Below are positions 51,246 through 63,300 of a stretch of DNA of 64,000 nt, in pieces. Made by a program: the position numbers and the translations under genes. Positions within the stretch are counted from its first letter, which is position 1; the number at the start of each line of letters is the position of its first letter. Origin of the DNA: Lepidodermella squamata (taxonomy: Eukaryota; Animalia; Gastrotricha); assembly GCA_047495785.1 (NCBI GenBank), contig JBLDXI010000103.1:166247-230246 (forward strand), written 5' to 3'. Under the pieces are notes generated by a model. It was not told the origin of the DNA. It searched no databases and saw only the letters and a list, made by a program, of their open reading frames with translations.

Positions 51246-53739
51246 ATGTATTCTCTTGCAAAAATATTCCCGGTGATTTTTGCGATTTTACACGTTGTTT
51301 ACGGCCAAGGTGAGTCAGTTGTAATTTTTTTTTAATTTAAATTTAAATTTTGAATTTTTTTATAGGAGAATATGACCAATGCGGAATGTCCTCACCTTAC
51401 ACAGGTAATCCTTTGGCCGTACCTGGGGAGCTGCCTTGGATGGTTAGAAAATTGACTGAATTTTCAATGAAAAATTCAATTTTTATGTTTAAGGTTCGAT
51501 TGGTCATTGCGTTGAGAAATCGGCCGACTTTTGTTCGATGTGCAGGCACCCTGATTTCGAAACAATGGGTGCTCACAGCCGCTAGCTGCCTAGTAGGCCA
51601 AAATACAACTATTGACACGTAATTTCAATTTTAGTCAACTCAGGTTTTAAAGGAATTTAAAAAATTTTAATTTCGATTTTTTATCGATTTTTTATATATT
51701 TTTCTGAATTAAATTTTACCTTTTCAAATTTTAATTTTTCAATTTTTTCTAAATTAATGTTTATTTTTTTTTTAATTTTTAGAATTTATGCCTATGTTGG
51801 AAGGACGAATTTTACTTCGGCCGAAGCTAGTGAGCAGTTGCGGGTAACAAAGGACTACTACATTCATCCCAACTTCACGGCCACATTCGCGGACCGAACC
51901 AAAGATTTCGCCTTAATTAGGCTCAACCCAGCCGTTCAATTGTCGCGAACTGCGCGACCCATTTGCCTGCCCACAACTGGGTCATTCGATGACCCAGATT
52001 CTGTTCAGTGCGATGACGAGAAGATGGATATGAATAACGCGAATTCGCAGGCTATTGACACCTGTACTGATGTCACAACTGCTGCTTGGGGTGAAACAGA
52101 GGGTAAATTCTTAATTCAGAAAAAAATTCGATTTTTTGAAATTTTTAAAAATTTTTAAAATCTCAATTACCCTGAAGTTTTTGAAATTTTTCATTGATTG
52201 AATTCGAATGCATTTTTTCGCTCTTTAAATTAATTTTAGATAAAATTATTGAAATTAAAATTTTAAAAATTTAAATATTAATAATTTTTTGAATTTTTTG
52301 AATTTTTTAGAGCAATACGAAGTTTTTAAATCGCTTCGAAAGGTCGACTTTAACATTATTTCTCGATCAAGCTGTCAGAGGAGCTTAGGCCGAACCCTGT
52401 TATCGAGCCTTGTCTGCGCCGTTCGCCGCAACCGTGACCAAATCACGTGCTCAGGCGACCGTGGCGGTCCGTTGGTTTGCCAGGGCTTCGATGGCAAATC
52501 GTACATGATCGGCGTTTCGACTACAACGAGTGAAGAATGTGGCCAGGATAACGTCGATAAGCCTTTTGTTTATACTCGGGTCTGCCGGGTGCTGCCCTGG
52601 ATCGGCCAAGTCATGCTTTCGAGCTCTAATCAAACAAGATCAATAGCATCCTCCGAACAGGTAAATTTATGAAATATTAAAAATTAAAATTAAAATTTTA
52701 AATTAAATTTTGAATTTTTTTTTATTGATTTTACGATTTTTCAGCAATGCACGATTCCTGCCTTGAACAATGGTGTTGTGACGCTTTTCACGACTTCGAC
52801 TTTAACAGTTGGCCGGGTTCTTGATGCTGATACCCAAATCGATATAAACCAAAATATCTCAGTTCAGTGTAAAATTGGATATCGACTGCCGTACAGCAAG
52901 GCTAACGCTGGAACCTATGCTGTGTCACAATGCGTCCTTAACAACGGAACTATGATATTCAGGCCCGCAGTTCAGGACTGCATTTCAGCGAGTGAGTTAT
53001 TTTTCAAAAATTCCAGAAATTTTAATTAAAGCTAAATAAGATTTTAGAATTGAGTTTTTATTCACCCTATAATTTTGATTTTTTTTTAAATATTTTTAAA
53101 GGCTGTCAAAGGCCGCCGGAAATACCGAATGGTTACTACAACCGGATTCCTAGTGGGTCCTTATCACCTGGTACCAGTTTGGATTTTACATGCAATTACG
53201 GGTACCGGTCTACGCTCGGTTCAAGGATAAACTGTTACAGCGACGGATCGTGGCCTGATGTATCAGGTGCCTGCCAAGCTATTCCAAAGCGGCTAAAAAT
53301 CAAAGGTAATAAAAGCGAAATCGCAGTTGCAGAATTTGAAAAAAATGAAAAAAATTGAAAAATTAAAGTTGAAATTTAAAATTTCAAAATTTGAAGCTGT
53401 TGATAAATATTTTGAAATTATTTTATACTGAGTTTTAATTTTGTTTTTCAAAATTTGGTCATATCTAATGGACTTTGATCAAGGCTAATTTCACTGTAAT
53501 ATATTATTTGCCTTTTAGAGAACAATAGCAGCGATAGTACGATAGTGTCCCAAGACGGAAAAACCTACCGATGCGGCAAAATCAACTCTGAGAAGGACAT
53601 AAGCGACGCGGATGTACCCACGCTATGCATCATCAGCTCAGCAACAACGGTCACGCACGACTGGCTATTATCACAAAAAGTGACCCTACTCCTCACTGCT
53701 GCCTGTGCAATTGTTATTGTCAAAACCACAATTTTCTAA
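51246..53739 (+). CDS. Serine-protease homologue (inactive) + two sushi/CCP domains + GPI-type tail, 8 exons
   Basis: Signal exon 51246-51309 (MYSLAKIFPVIFAILHVVYG); PGELPWMV, CAGTLISKQWVLTAASC (His lost), KDFALI, GDRGGPL (Ser to Arg); CTIP..NNG...C...C...C and CQRPPEIPNG...CNYGY...C..DGSW...C; hydrophobic C-terminus; all introns GT-AG and in phase. Confidence 0.88.
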
Positions 53740-54253
53740 CAATAATTATATTCATTCGAAAAATGGCAAATAATTTATTATTATGTGTAAATTAACTTTT
53801 TATAGATTGATGGCGATGAATTATGGTGGAAAAAGTAAAAACTACATGTGATTGAGTTAATGCACCTATAATTAATAGGTGTTTATTATTGTCTTATTTC
53901 TTAGCGAGCGCCTTAAAATAACAAAAATAAATTTTTCACACGAAAAAACCGAGCGCGGCCTGGCAATATAGCATTTGTTAGTATTATATTAAGGTGGAAT
54001 TGCATAATACAACTGTTAAATACTCGAGCAGCAGACTTCATTAGGCGCGGCTGTCGAGTAACGCTGAGCAGAGGGCGGGCTTTTAACGCGGCGTGAAAGC
54101 GCAACACTAATTACGCGCACTCCAACCAAGCCTCGCGCAATATTATTCGCGCGCATAATATACCTATATAACATTTTTATTAACTGCGCACGCATATAAC
54201 ACACACACGCAGTCTTCGCTCACTCTGTAATATTATCGCATATATGAGGAAAA

Positions 54254-57200
54254 ATGAACAGATTGTTCATAATTTGCTTAACCGCGACGTTTAGCTCAGC
54301 TGCGTTAGAAAACGCTACTCAAGGTGACCACAAAATTAAAACCCTTATCGTGTCCTTCGATGGGTTCGCCTCGGTCTACCTAGCTAAACGGTCGTTCTAC
54401 CTGCCGTGGTTCGATCACTTCCGCCAGACTGGCGTTTATTCCGATACGATTCGATCGATTTTCCCGAGCGAAACTTTCCCGAATCATTACTCAATTGTAA
54501 CCGGGCTATACGCGGAATCGCACGGATTGGTCGGCAATCAAATCTATGACCCTAATAAATCGGAAGAGCCGCACTTTTTTATGAACTCGACCTCGTTAAG
54601 CTGGTGGGGCGATAATGGCAATCGGGTTAAGGTCGAACCGATTTGGGTGACTGCGAAACGGAAGTTAGGACTAAGGACGGCGATTTCCGCATGGCCAGGC
54701 GGGACTGTTCCGTATTCCGAGGATTTTAAGGTGGATTTCACCCGACCTTGGGACACTTCAATCCCGTTTCGAAGCCGGGTCGATGACATGGTTCAGCTGA
54801 TGACGAGTCAAAACGTCGACCTAGGATTCCTATACCATTTCAACCCGGATCAAACAGGCCATGCCAAGGGCGTTTCTGGGCCTAGTATGGCGAGCGAACT
54901 CATGCGTGTCGATTGGCTGTTGAGCTATTTAGTCCTCGCGACAGAACGAGCCGGGCTAACTAAGGATCGGCTGAATTTGATAATTTGTTCCGATCACGGC
55001 ATGGTCAATGTTGAGCGGCACGTTTTCCTCGAGGATTACATCAATGTTGGCACGAAAATTCACAGCTTTTCACGGTCGGGTGGTTACGCGTCGATTTGGC
55101 CGAAGTTCGGCCAGACTGATAATGTTTACCTAACGCTGAAACGAGTCGCGGATCGCAGTGGCGGCATGTGGAGTGTCTATAGGAAAAGCCGCATTCCTGA
55201 GCGGTTTCATTACCGGTACAATGATAGGATAGCGCCCATTTTGGCCTTAGGATCGCCTGGAACCTTCATTGCGCTGGTAAGCTGTTATTTATGATAATTA
55301 GGAATTATCCTAGAAATTAGGAATTAGTAGGAATATTAAGAATTATTATAGGAATTAGGAATATGAATCAAAGTGTCAATAATATTAGGAATGTTAGGAA
55401 TTATTAGGAATTAGGTTTATTATGAGTAATTAGGAATTTTGATAATTGTTTAATAATTATTAAACTCGTAATTTTTTATTTTTTCTGAAAATTTTTTAAG
55501 CCGCGAAATGCCATTTTTTAAATAATCAATAAATTCGTTGCCAGGTTTTCCGATAGTTAAATGCGAATATTTGGGAATTTATTGCAACAAATGCGGACTG
55601 TCTTTTCTTTTCATCCAACCAAAGTTTTTCATGAAAATTCCCAAATTCCTATCAAGTTTTAACCTTAGTTTTGCAGCTTTTAATAGCCTGTCAAAGGTTT
55701 TTTGATGACAAAAGCGCTTCAGAAAAAATCCCGGCGTGCGTGATGCGTACATAGGCCTAAGCTGGGATATATCGTTAGCGTCGTTGAATAACTCGAATTT
55801 AGGCCTATATTAGGTCGCTTTCAAAGTGACGGGTTTCAAGTACAAAGCGGCGTTTTACGTGACTGAAGGGGCAAAGATAAATGACATTTTATTTGTCACC
55901 CGTCACTTCAAAATTGAGGTATTCAAGGTAAATAACAAGCCTAAATTGGAGTTCAACGACGCTAAAGATATGTAGGCGAAAATGGGTTCAGCATTGACCA
56001 TGATAGAAAAATGTGAAAAATTATAATTCTCATAAACATCGGATGAAAAAAGTTTATCTCAGATGTTTTTCAAATTGAAAATAGAATAATAATCTCGATA
56101 TATTTCGAAAAATTAATAATCCAAAAAATGAAATTATCAATACGATTTATTTATATTCTATTTTTGCGTAGGCTGAGGTGCCTTGAACCTGGATTTGAAA
56201 ATGTTATGTTCGCCAATGAACAATGGTATCTCTGGGAACTTCTTGAAAATCAGAGTAGAGTTTAAAACCAACTCTTGCTCGAATTCAATCAAAATGGAGC
56301 TTCGAAAAATTTAGATAATCCTCAAATAAATAAAAAATTAGGATTTATTGCTAAATATTTCCGATTTGTTTTATTACCAAGATATTATCATATAATATTC
56401 AAATATTCACATGAAAACCAGTCACGTGACCTTGGCGATCTCATGCCCGAGAAAGCATGAAGCCACTCCAGGCTATAAATTCACAAAATAACGTTATCCG
56501 CCTAATTTTACGACCAAATTGCTATCGCCAATACCCGAATTTCGATCGGAATCCGATGCATTTTGAATGTTGCCACCTTAAAGTAGGCTGAAAGCTTCAA
56601 AGGTTCTAGGTCATCGCGAAACGAATGGGGCCCTGATTTTCACATATTTTTATCATTTTTTTTCACAAAGAGTGTGGCGATATTATTTTTAGACACCCTT
56701 AGATTGAGGTACCTTAATTAGCTTTTTTAGTACTAAATTTCCAAAATAGGTTGGGCCAAATTTTTTCCTTCAAAAATTGAAGAAATTGTACATTTTTGTG
56801 TTTTGGTTGTTTTCAGACACGAGAGCAACGAGCCGAGAAAGTAGGCTACGTCGGCGTTCACGGCTACGACCCAGACTGGCCTGAAATGCGGCCGATTTTC
56901 ATGGCACGAGGCCCGGCTTTCCGCGAAAATACCTACGAAGACCGCGCCGAAAAGGCCTCAACGTGGTACTCAGTCCACGTCAACAGCTACGACGCCGCAA
57001 TTCGCGCAACTGTGGCGACGTATTTCAACGACTCGCAGTTTAACCTAGAAAACGAGACAACCACGCAATCGAAACCGGTAACGACAACGCTGAGCACTAC
57101 AACGCGACGTGGCGATGAAGTTGTGCTGGAAACTAAGGATTTATACGCCCTAATAGCGCATTGTATAGGCCTGAGTTCGGAAATGCTGCCGCCTAATAAT

Positions 57201-57368
57201 GCTTCTCTGAGCCATTTCACCGAAATGCTGCGGCCGGTTGACGAGCAGCCGTCGGATTACGATACTTTAACAACGACTGAACTAACTTCGAGCGCATTAA
57301 GGATTGGATTAGGGTCTTTAGTTCATCTGTATCAAATTGTTTATTCTTTGTTGATATTATTGTGGTAG
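54254..57368 (+). CDS. ENPP: Ectonucleotide pyrophosphatase/phosphodiesterase (ENPP4/5/6-type), 2 exons
   Basis: LIVSFDGF, FPSETFPNHYSIVTGLYAESHG, PDQTGH, SDHGM, HGYD...MRPIFMARGPAF; exons 54254-55276 and 56817-57368; signal peptide and hydrophobic tail. Confidence 0.93.
55297..55440. repeat. Degenerate (TAGGAAT)n microsatellite in ENPP intron
   Basis: Repeated taggaat/ttaggaat units. Confidence 0.65.
55768..55971. repeat. MITE-like inverted repeat in ENPP intron
   Basis: atatcgttagcgtcgttgaa / ttcaacgacgctaaagatat (19 of 20 pair) with inner aatttaggc/gcctaaatt. Confidence 0.65.
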
Positions 57369-57638
57369 ACTATTTGTATGCCTTCGCTCGTTATGTTCGC
57401 CGCAACCCAGCGCTCAATTAGAGACTATGAGAAAAATCCTGTTTCGTTTCTATTTTTTTGTTCGTTTCCGTTCGGTAATTTGTGTTTCTTTCTCGCGTTT
57501 GATACTCATGTAAATTGAAGAAATAAAAGAGAATTATTTATTTCCGAAAATTCGCTAAATAAGATAGATGAAAGATGAAAACAGAATTTAAGAGAAAAAA
57601 TACAATTTTTAAGACGGATTTTTCTGAATTTTTTCTAT

Positions 57639-59620
57639 TTAGAAAACGCCAGCTTGCATGAGGCAGAAAATAGCGACACCGATGAAAAGGCCGAGAAAGA
57701 AGAAGAACATGACAATTTCGATGATGCTAGCGAGGCGCATCTTGCCGACTTTTTTGTAAGCGCGTTCCGTGAAGCAGCTGACGAACCAGAAGATGATGAT
57801 GGCGTAGACGGTGCTGAGGCCGCACACGAGAGCCAGCAGTTGGATGAAATAGTTGAGGAGAACGAATTGCGGAGTCTTCGGAATCTGGGCCAACACCTGA
57901 GATTGTCCTGAAATTTCAAACCGTAAAATTTGAATTTTTTTACTTTCGAAAATTTTCAATTTTTTTCAAATTGAAATTGAAATTTCAAAAATTTCGGAAA
58001 TATTTAAATTTGAGAATTATCGAATTTTTTAATTTTCCAAATTCTTGGTTTCAATTTAAAAATGTCAAAAATTGAAATTTTTGAAATGTTCAATACTTAT
58101 TATTTTTTTTTTACTTTTTCGAAATTATTTAGTGTTATTTAAATTTAATTCGACTTTTTTATTTTTACTCACCAACTGCAAAAGCAAGAAGGAGATAGAC
58201 ACTGAAGCACACTCGATCGCTCTCGCTTGGCGGGATCAAAAAAGCAACCAGCTCCAAAACCGCCAAAACAACGCAAGGTGCCAGTAAGTTGTTGATAAAG
58301 TAGTCTGGCTTTCGTTTGAAAGTCACATAAAACACAGCCTGGCTAACAGTGTCATCGCCATCTGGCTGCGTGTCGTTGATTTCAATTCTGTACGACACAA
58401 AGGTCCAACCATCGACCGAGCTTGCCTTATTGACGAGAAGCGGCGTGAAAATAACGTCGGCAAATCGAATCAGGTTAACAGCCTCGACCAGGTAGAACTG
58501 GAACGGGCATACTTGAGTGTCCCATGGGAATTTGCGGAGATCGAGGTTGCAAACTGCCTTGAAGACGCCACGGCGTTTCCAGTAGAAGGATAACGATCGA
58601 TTTTGTGGGGCGGTGTTCGGCTGGAATAGGATTTCCATGCGATTCGAGAATAAGTCGCTTTTCATTGATATGTCGTCCAGGGCGTTTCGAAAGCTGATTG
58701 CAGGGTGCCAGACGTCGTCGGGGTTCTGTACCATGACTCGCTCAGGTTGGTCTGAGGTATAACCCGGGGCCGTAGTAGTTCGGGAGCAAGTGTTTACCTA
58801 GTCACAAAAGGGACTTAAAGCTTCGTCAGGGGTCAACCATCGAAAACGTCTCGGTTTCAGGGCTCAGGGCTATCGAATTCCGGAATTTCCCCACCTTTCT
58901 AGGGAAATCTCATAACTTATGGATAGAACGTTTATTCAAGATTCATTTCGCGCTAAAACCGACGGAAAATGGGAAAGTAAGCCTTTGACATTGATTGCTG
59001 GAAAATCGAATATCTTTCAGGCAGCTTCAATCGACTGAGGTCAAAGGCAAACTTTCGAATCCATTGTCGGTTATTCTTCAGAATTGAAGCTCGATCGACG
59101 CTCTATTCAAGGGTTATAGGATTGAGACTTTCTCCACTTTTCTTCGCCTATCTAATTGGGGCCATTAACGTTAGTTCATAGGAAACTGATTGGAGCTCAT
59201 TTTTGAATGAAAACCGACAACATTTTGGTCAATTTGTCTTTGAGAAATATGCTGCGAAGTTAACGGCTTACCTGCCACTTGATGTACAAAGCCGCTGTTA
59301 CTGAAATCAATTCATTAACGTCGTCGATCCCAACAAAGCGGTCGATTGCGAATTCCACTTGTGCTTTGGCCGCTTCGCCTTTGTTGTAGGTCGGCGGGCT
59401 TCTGTTCGCTGGGGAGATGTCGTTGCATTGCGCCACCAGGGTCGAAGCATTCATGCTAGAATAAGGCTGGGCCAGGGGCAGCTTAGGGATGTCCAACGTT
59501 TGAGCCATAACTAATTCGAAGGTGATACAGTAAAAGGTTGTTAAATTGAATTGATCACAAATTACCGCTTGTTGAAGCGATAGTGGCTAGCAGAATCCTT
59601 AAGAAGGGCTTCCCAAGCAT
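57639..59620 (-). CDS. Cys-loop ligand-gated ion channel subunit (divergent nAChR/5-HT3-like), 4 exons
   Basis: Signal MLGKPFLRILLATIASTSVMA; IDRFVGIDDVNE, VWHPAISFRN, CNLDLRKFPWDTQVC, FKRKPDYFINNLLAPC, IPPSESDRVCFSVYLLLA, M3 and M4. Confidence 0.9.
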
Positions 59621-60578
59621 TTTTCACTGATGGCGGTGACAAATTTTAACTTCTCTCCTCAAGAAGCTTCTTTCTAGAAGAGAAACGACATACCAGGCGC
59701 TGAAGACACTTTGAAAGGTAAATAAACTTGCGACTTGTTTGATTAGAGCTGCATTTTAATTGCAAATCCAGCCGGGGAGCGGGCCGATTTCGTTTTCCTG
59801 CGATGTTTGTTCATTATTACCACTGAGCAAGCATATCGTTTGGCGAAATTCGGGCAAGCGCAAATTAGCAGCGAAAATTCGACGAAAGAAAATAATGAAC
59901 ACTCATGGGTTCAATAATTATCTCAGTGAGAACTATTAAAATAGCTAAATCTTAATACCTCTAAATATAAGTAGGAGTGAAAATCTGTTTCATTTGTCAT
60001 TTCTTAAGTTGGCTAGAATCTGGCTGTGTTTAAGTAAGTTACGCGAAATCATGCCCTTTCCAGAGACGTTCTCAGCTCTTCTTCAAGCCGCGTTGACCAT
60101 AATAATGGAACTTCCTTAACTAATGCTGCTGTTTTAAATTGAGCTGTTTTGAGCTGGGTCTTAATCTAAGCGCAATAAAAATTTCCTGTTGTGGAGCCAT
60201 ATTTTGAACTGGAAGCAGAAATATGGGTAATGAATACAACGGAAAACTATAAAATCCATGGCATACATTGAAATGTACAGTGATTTATTTCAGGATTCCT
60301 TGTTCAGGACGCGTCACAGCCGTGATCCAAAGACTTTATTCGCAAATGGCTTCTTTTACAAGTTTCCGTTTGAAAGAACGTGGTTCAACTAATGTTCAGA
60401 ATCCAAGCAAGGTGTTGCCAATATGACAACTAAGAGTTGACTCTTATAGTCGCTTTCGGATAAACCGGTTTTAACCACTCTATCACTAAAACGCGAACCG
60501 CGTTCCATTATGCGATTGATTTTTTCTAGATTTTATCTGAGAAGATCCACCGTAAAAAACTAAAATCTGATCCGAAGT

Positions 60579-61915
60579 CGCTCCTTTTGCCCTATAAGGG
60601 AACTTTTCTGGTTTTACCCACCCATTTTCAGTTGAGAACGCCTCCTAGCATATTGCATTATCGCGGCGCGGCTCAGTACTGTTATTATAAGAATGCGCGG
60701 CTCGATGCCTTATATTCTGCAGAATAAATTTATTACATAAAGCCTTTATTGCAGTAGTATGGCTGTTTCGCAGAGAATATTTGCAAGATAATCGCCAGAA
60801 AACGTTTTTTATGCAAGATAAATTCTGAGATTTTTCGACTTTTTCCCTCGAAATTCAAAACTTTTTCAATTTGGTTTCATTTTCTGCTTCATAAGAGTAA
60901 TGAAACCACCAGTCCCTTCCACCGTCAAGGTCTTCGAGAAGGACGTTGCATTCGAGGAAGTCAAATTCTGGGTGAATAATAATTTCCCATTACTCAGAAT
61001 CAAGTTCTCTGGAAATTCGGGTGGAAAACGTTACGCTTACTACAAGTGCGAATATTTTATGAAGCATGGCTTTCTGAGGTGCCCAGCGTCAGCAAAAATC
61101 ATCGAAAACAGCGATGGAACAGTAGCTTTCGTTTCTCAAAATCCAGAACATAAGCATGAGCAAGATCCAAATGCGACGAGCAGCAAGTTCTTGCGAATTG
61201 ACAGCAACTTCAAAATGCGAAACCCCAGAGCCCTCAAGTCAGTGTACAAAACATATGCTGCATGTCAGCGGCTTACTTGCCTGTCAAATATACGCATTGA
61301 AATGAATCAGTTTCAAGTATGTCAGTCTGCACTTGTATACCTGGCTATAGGCTATCAACTATCTCTAATATCTCAATAAAACACAGTTTACTTGAAGAGT
61401 CACCCGTCCAGTAAAATAACGCTGATTAATCAGGCATCGGTATCAAAACCATACTATCAAATGTGACTGATTGAACGAGAATATGGAGCCGTCAAAACTT
61501 GAATTTTTGCTTGGAAAGCTTGGGCTGGCAGGGGATTATGCTACTGAAGGTCTTTGTGCCATGAAGCAGTCAATGAACAAGACTTTCGTTCATTTTATGC
61601 TTTTTTCCACTTGAATTTCTGCAGAATACCGGGCGCCAACTGCAAGAAAGCCCGGTTGTTATGCAGAAAGCCAAATTTTCTATGCAAGATAACCGTTTCC
61701 AAATAGCTCATCCTGCATAAAGAATGGGGCGCACACGCGTTTTTATGTAAGAGAACTTGCTGATTGCTCGCATCTTATGCGAAATAGTAGACAGCGTGGG
61801 TAATGCTTCTGCAGCCCGAGAAAAAAATTACGCCGCTCGCAAACATATGAATTAATACGGGGCTGCGATCATACATCGGTTTTCGAAGAAGTTCCCTTAT
61901 AGGGCAAAAGGAGCG
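60579..61915. mobile_element. DNA transposon with 27-bp perfect TIRs and 4-bp TSD, containing a zinc-finger ORF
   Basis: cgctccttttgccctataagggaactt (60579-60605) / aagttcccttatagggcaaaaggagcg (61889-61915); aagt on both flanks. Confidence 0.85.
60900..61379 (+). CDS. WRKY/FLYWCH/GCM1-like zinc-finger fragment (transposase N-terminus-like)
   Basis: YYKC-x9-CPASAKI-...-EHKH matches the C-C-HxH finger typical of MULE transposase N-termini; no DDE core follows. Confidence 0.6.
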   Translation: MKPPVPSTVKVFEKDVAFEEVKFWVNNNFPLLRIKFSGNSGGKRYAYYKCEYFMKHGFLRCPASAKIIENSDGTVAFVSQNPEHKHEQDPNATSSKFLRIDSNFKMRNPRALKSVYKTYAACQRLTCLSNIRIEMNQFQVCQSALVYLAIGYQLSLISQ

Positions 61916-62151
61916 AAGTGAAAAGCTTTTTATTCTTTATTCAGCCTTCTCTTCAAAATAAGGACCGGGCACGATGCATCATGGCATGGATTCTCTCATA
62001 TCAGAAACAGCAGACACATATGAAAAACTTGAAAAATAAAAATTAGTTGACAGAATCATATATTCAGAATATTTCGTCACCGGTTGATGTCAGAAAGGAT
62101 AGAAGAATAAGAATGAAGCAGTGTGCTGAAGTTATACGTAATCATGCTAGG

Positions 62152-63300
62152 CTAAATGAATCCAGCGCTTCTTGCCACCGCCAAGGCATATCCATTGATC
62201 GCAACAAAGCACGCGACGGTAACAGCAAGTGCGAGGAGATCGATGAACCTGCCAATCGACATCCTCGTTTTATCGATCCATGGAAGAAATTTGGCTTGCT
62301 TCCTAAAAAATGATTTGTAAGCCCTAGTGAAGCCGCACGATGCCAACGAATAGATTGTGCAGGCCCACGCGAACAGCGAGCATAGGTCTGTGTAGTTACT
62401 CAAAAATATTCGCTGTGACTTGGGAGGAATTCGGCTCAGAATACTGCTCTGTAGAAACGTCATAGCTAGCAGAATCGTAACCGTGAAAACCGGCCTGTCG
62501 GGAATATCCGGAAGTAGAAAGAACGAGGCAATCTCGAGGCTTGACAGAACCAAGCAAGGGATCATCAGGTTGTAGATGTAAAACTCAGGCTTCCGCGCAA
62601 AGGAGAGCGTGAAATGAGCGGTACTACGATTTCCGAACACGTAGGTGTAATTGTAACTTTGCTTCCAGCCATTATAGACCCACTCGAAACCTGGGCCCAT
62701 GAAACTGCCATCAACCGCCGAATCAGGACTAGAAATGAATACCGATGCGTTCTTGTTCTCTTGAAGGATGAAAGATACCGTGCAAGCCTGCGTATCGAAG
62801 GGGAATAGGCCGAAATCCATAGGACAAAGAGACGTGAAAACACCCACTCGTTGCCAATACATTGCGAGAGAAAATCTAGGGATCGTGCCATCTCGGTATA
62901 CAATTAGCCGATCAGTGAAGCCATTTGTCATGGAAAAGTCTGAAATCGCGTTTTTGTGATGTAGATGAGGTAGCCATACTAGCTCGCGTTGCACGTAGAC
63001 ATTGAAAGGCGGAGGTCGTGTGTAGTTCTCACAAGGTACGACCCACACCAAAGTCAGAGCACCCGACATTGTCGTAGTCTCATCTGTGTCGATGATAGCG
63101 TGGAATCGATGCGGCTGGAAAACAATTTTTATTTGCTGGATTGTACATGCCCCGGGAATGTCCCATAGGCCATGCGCACAGGTAGGACTGTAGGCGTAAG
63201 GCAACATGTGACTGCATGATTCAAGCATTTCCAGGCCAATATCCTGTCCTGAAATGCCAGCCACCAGGTAAAGATATATAACAGCTGAATCAAACTTCAT
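62152..63300 (-). CDS. Cys-loop ligand-gated ion channel subunit (divergent), intronless
   Basis: Signal peptide, VWLPHLHHKN, CPMDFGLFPFDTQAC, FARKPEFYIYNLMIPC, PDRPVFTVTILLAMTFL, four TM segments in a single 382-aa ORF. Confidence 0.92.
   Translation of the reverse strand: MKFDSAVIYLYLVAGISGQDIGLEMLESCSHMLPYAYSPTCAHGLWDIPGACTIQQIKIVFQPHRFHAIIDTDETTTMSGALTLVWVVPCENYTRPPPFNVYVQRELVWLPHLHHKNAISDFSMTNGFTDRLIVYRDGTIPRFSLAMYWQRVGVFTSLCPMDFGLFPFDTQACTVSFILQENKNASVFISSPDSAVDGSFMGPGFEWVYNGWKQSYNYTYVFGNRSTAHFTLSFARKPEFYIYNLMIPCLVLSSLEIASFFLLPDIPDRPVFTVTILLAMTFLQSSILSRIPPKSQRIFLSNYTDLCSLFAWACTIYSLASCGFTRAYKSFFRKQAKFLPWIDKTRMSIGRFIDLLALAVTVACFVAINGYALAVARSAGFI

Noticed and set aside
57654-57911. Acidic 85-aa ORF on the plus strand
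   Set aside because: Antisense shadow of the hydrophobic M3-M4 exon of the Cys-loop gene.
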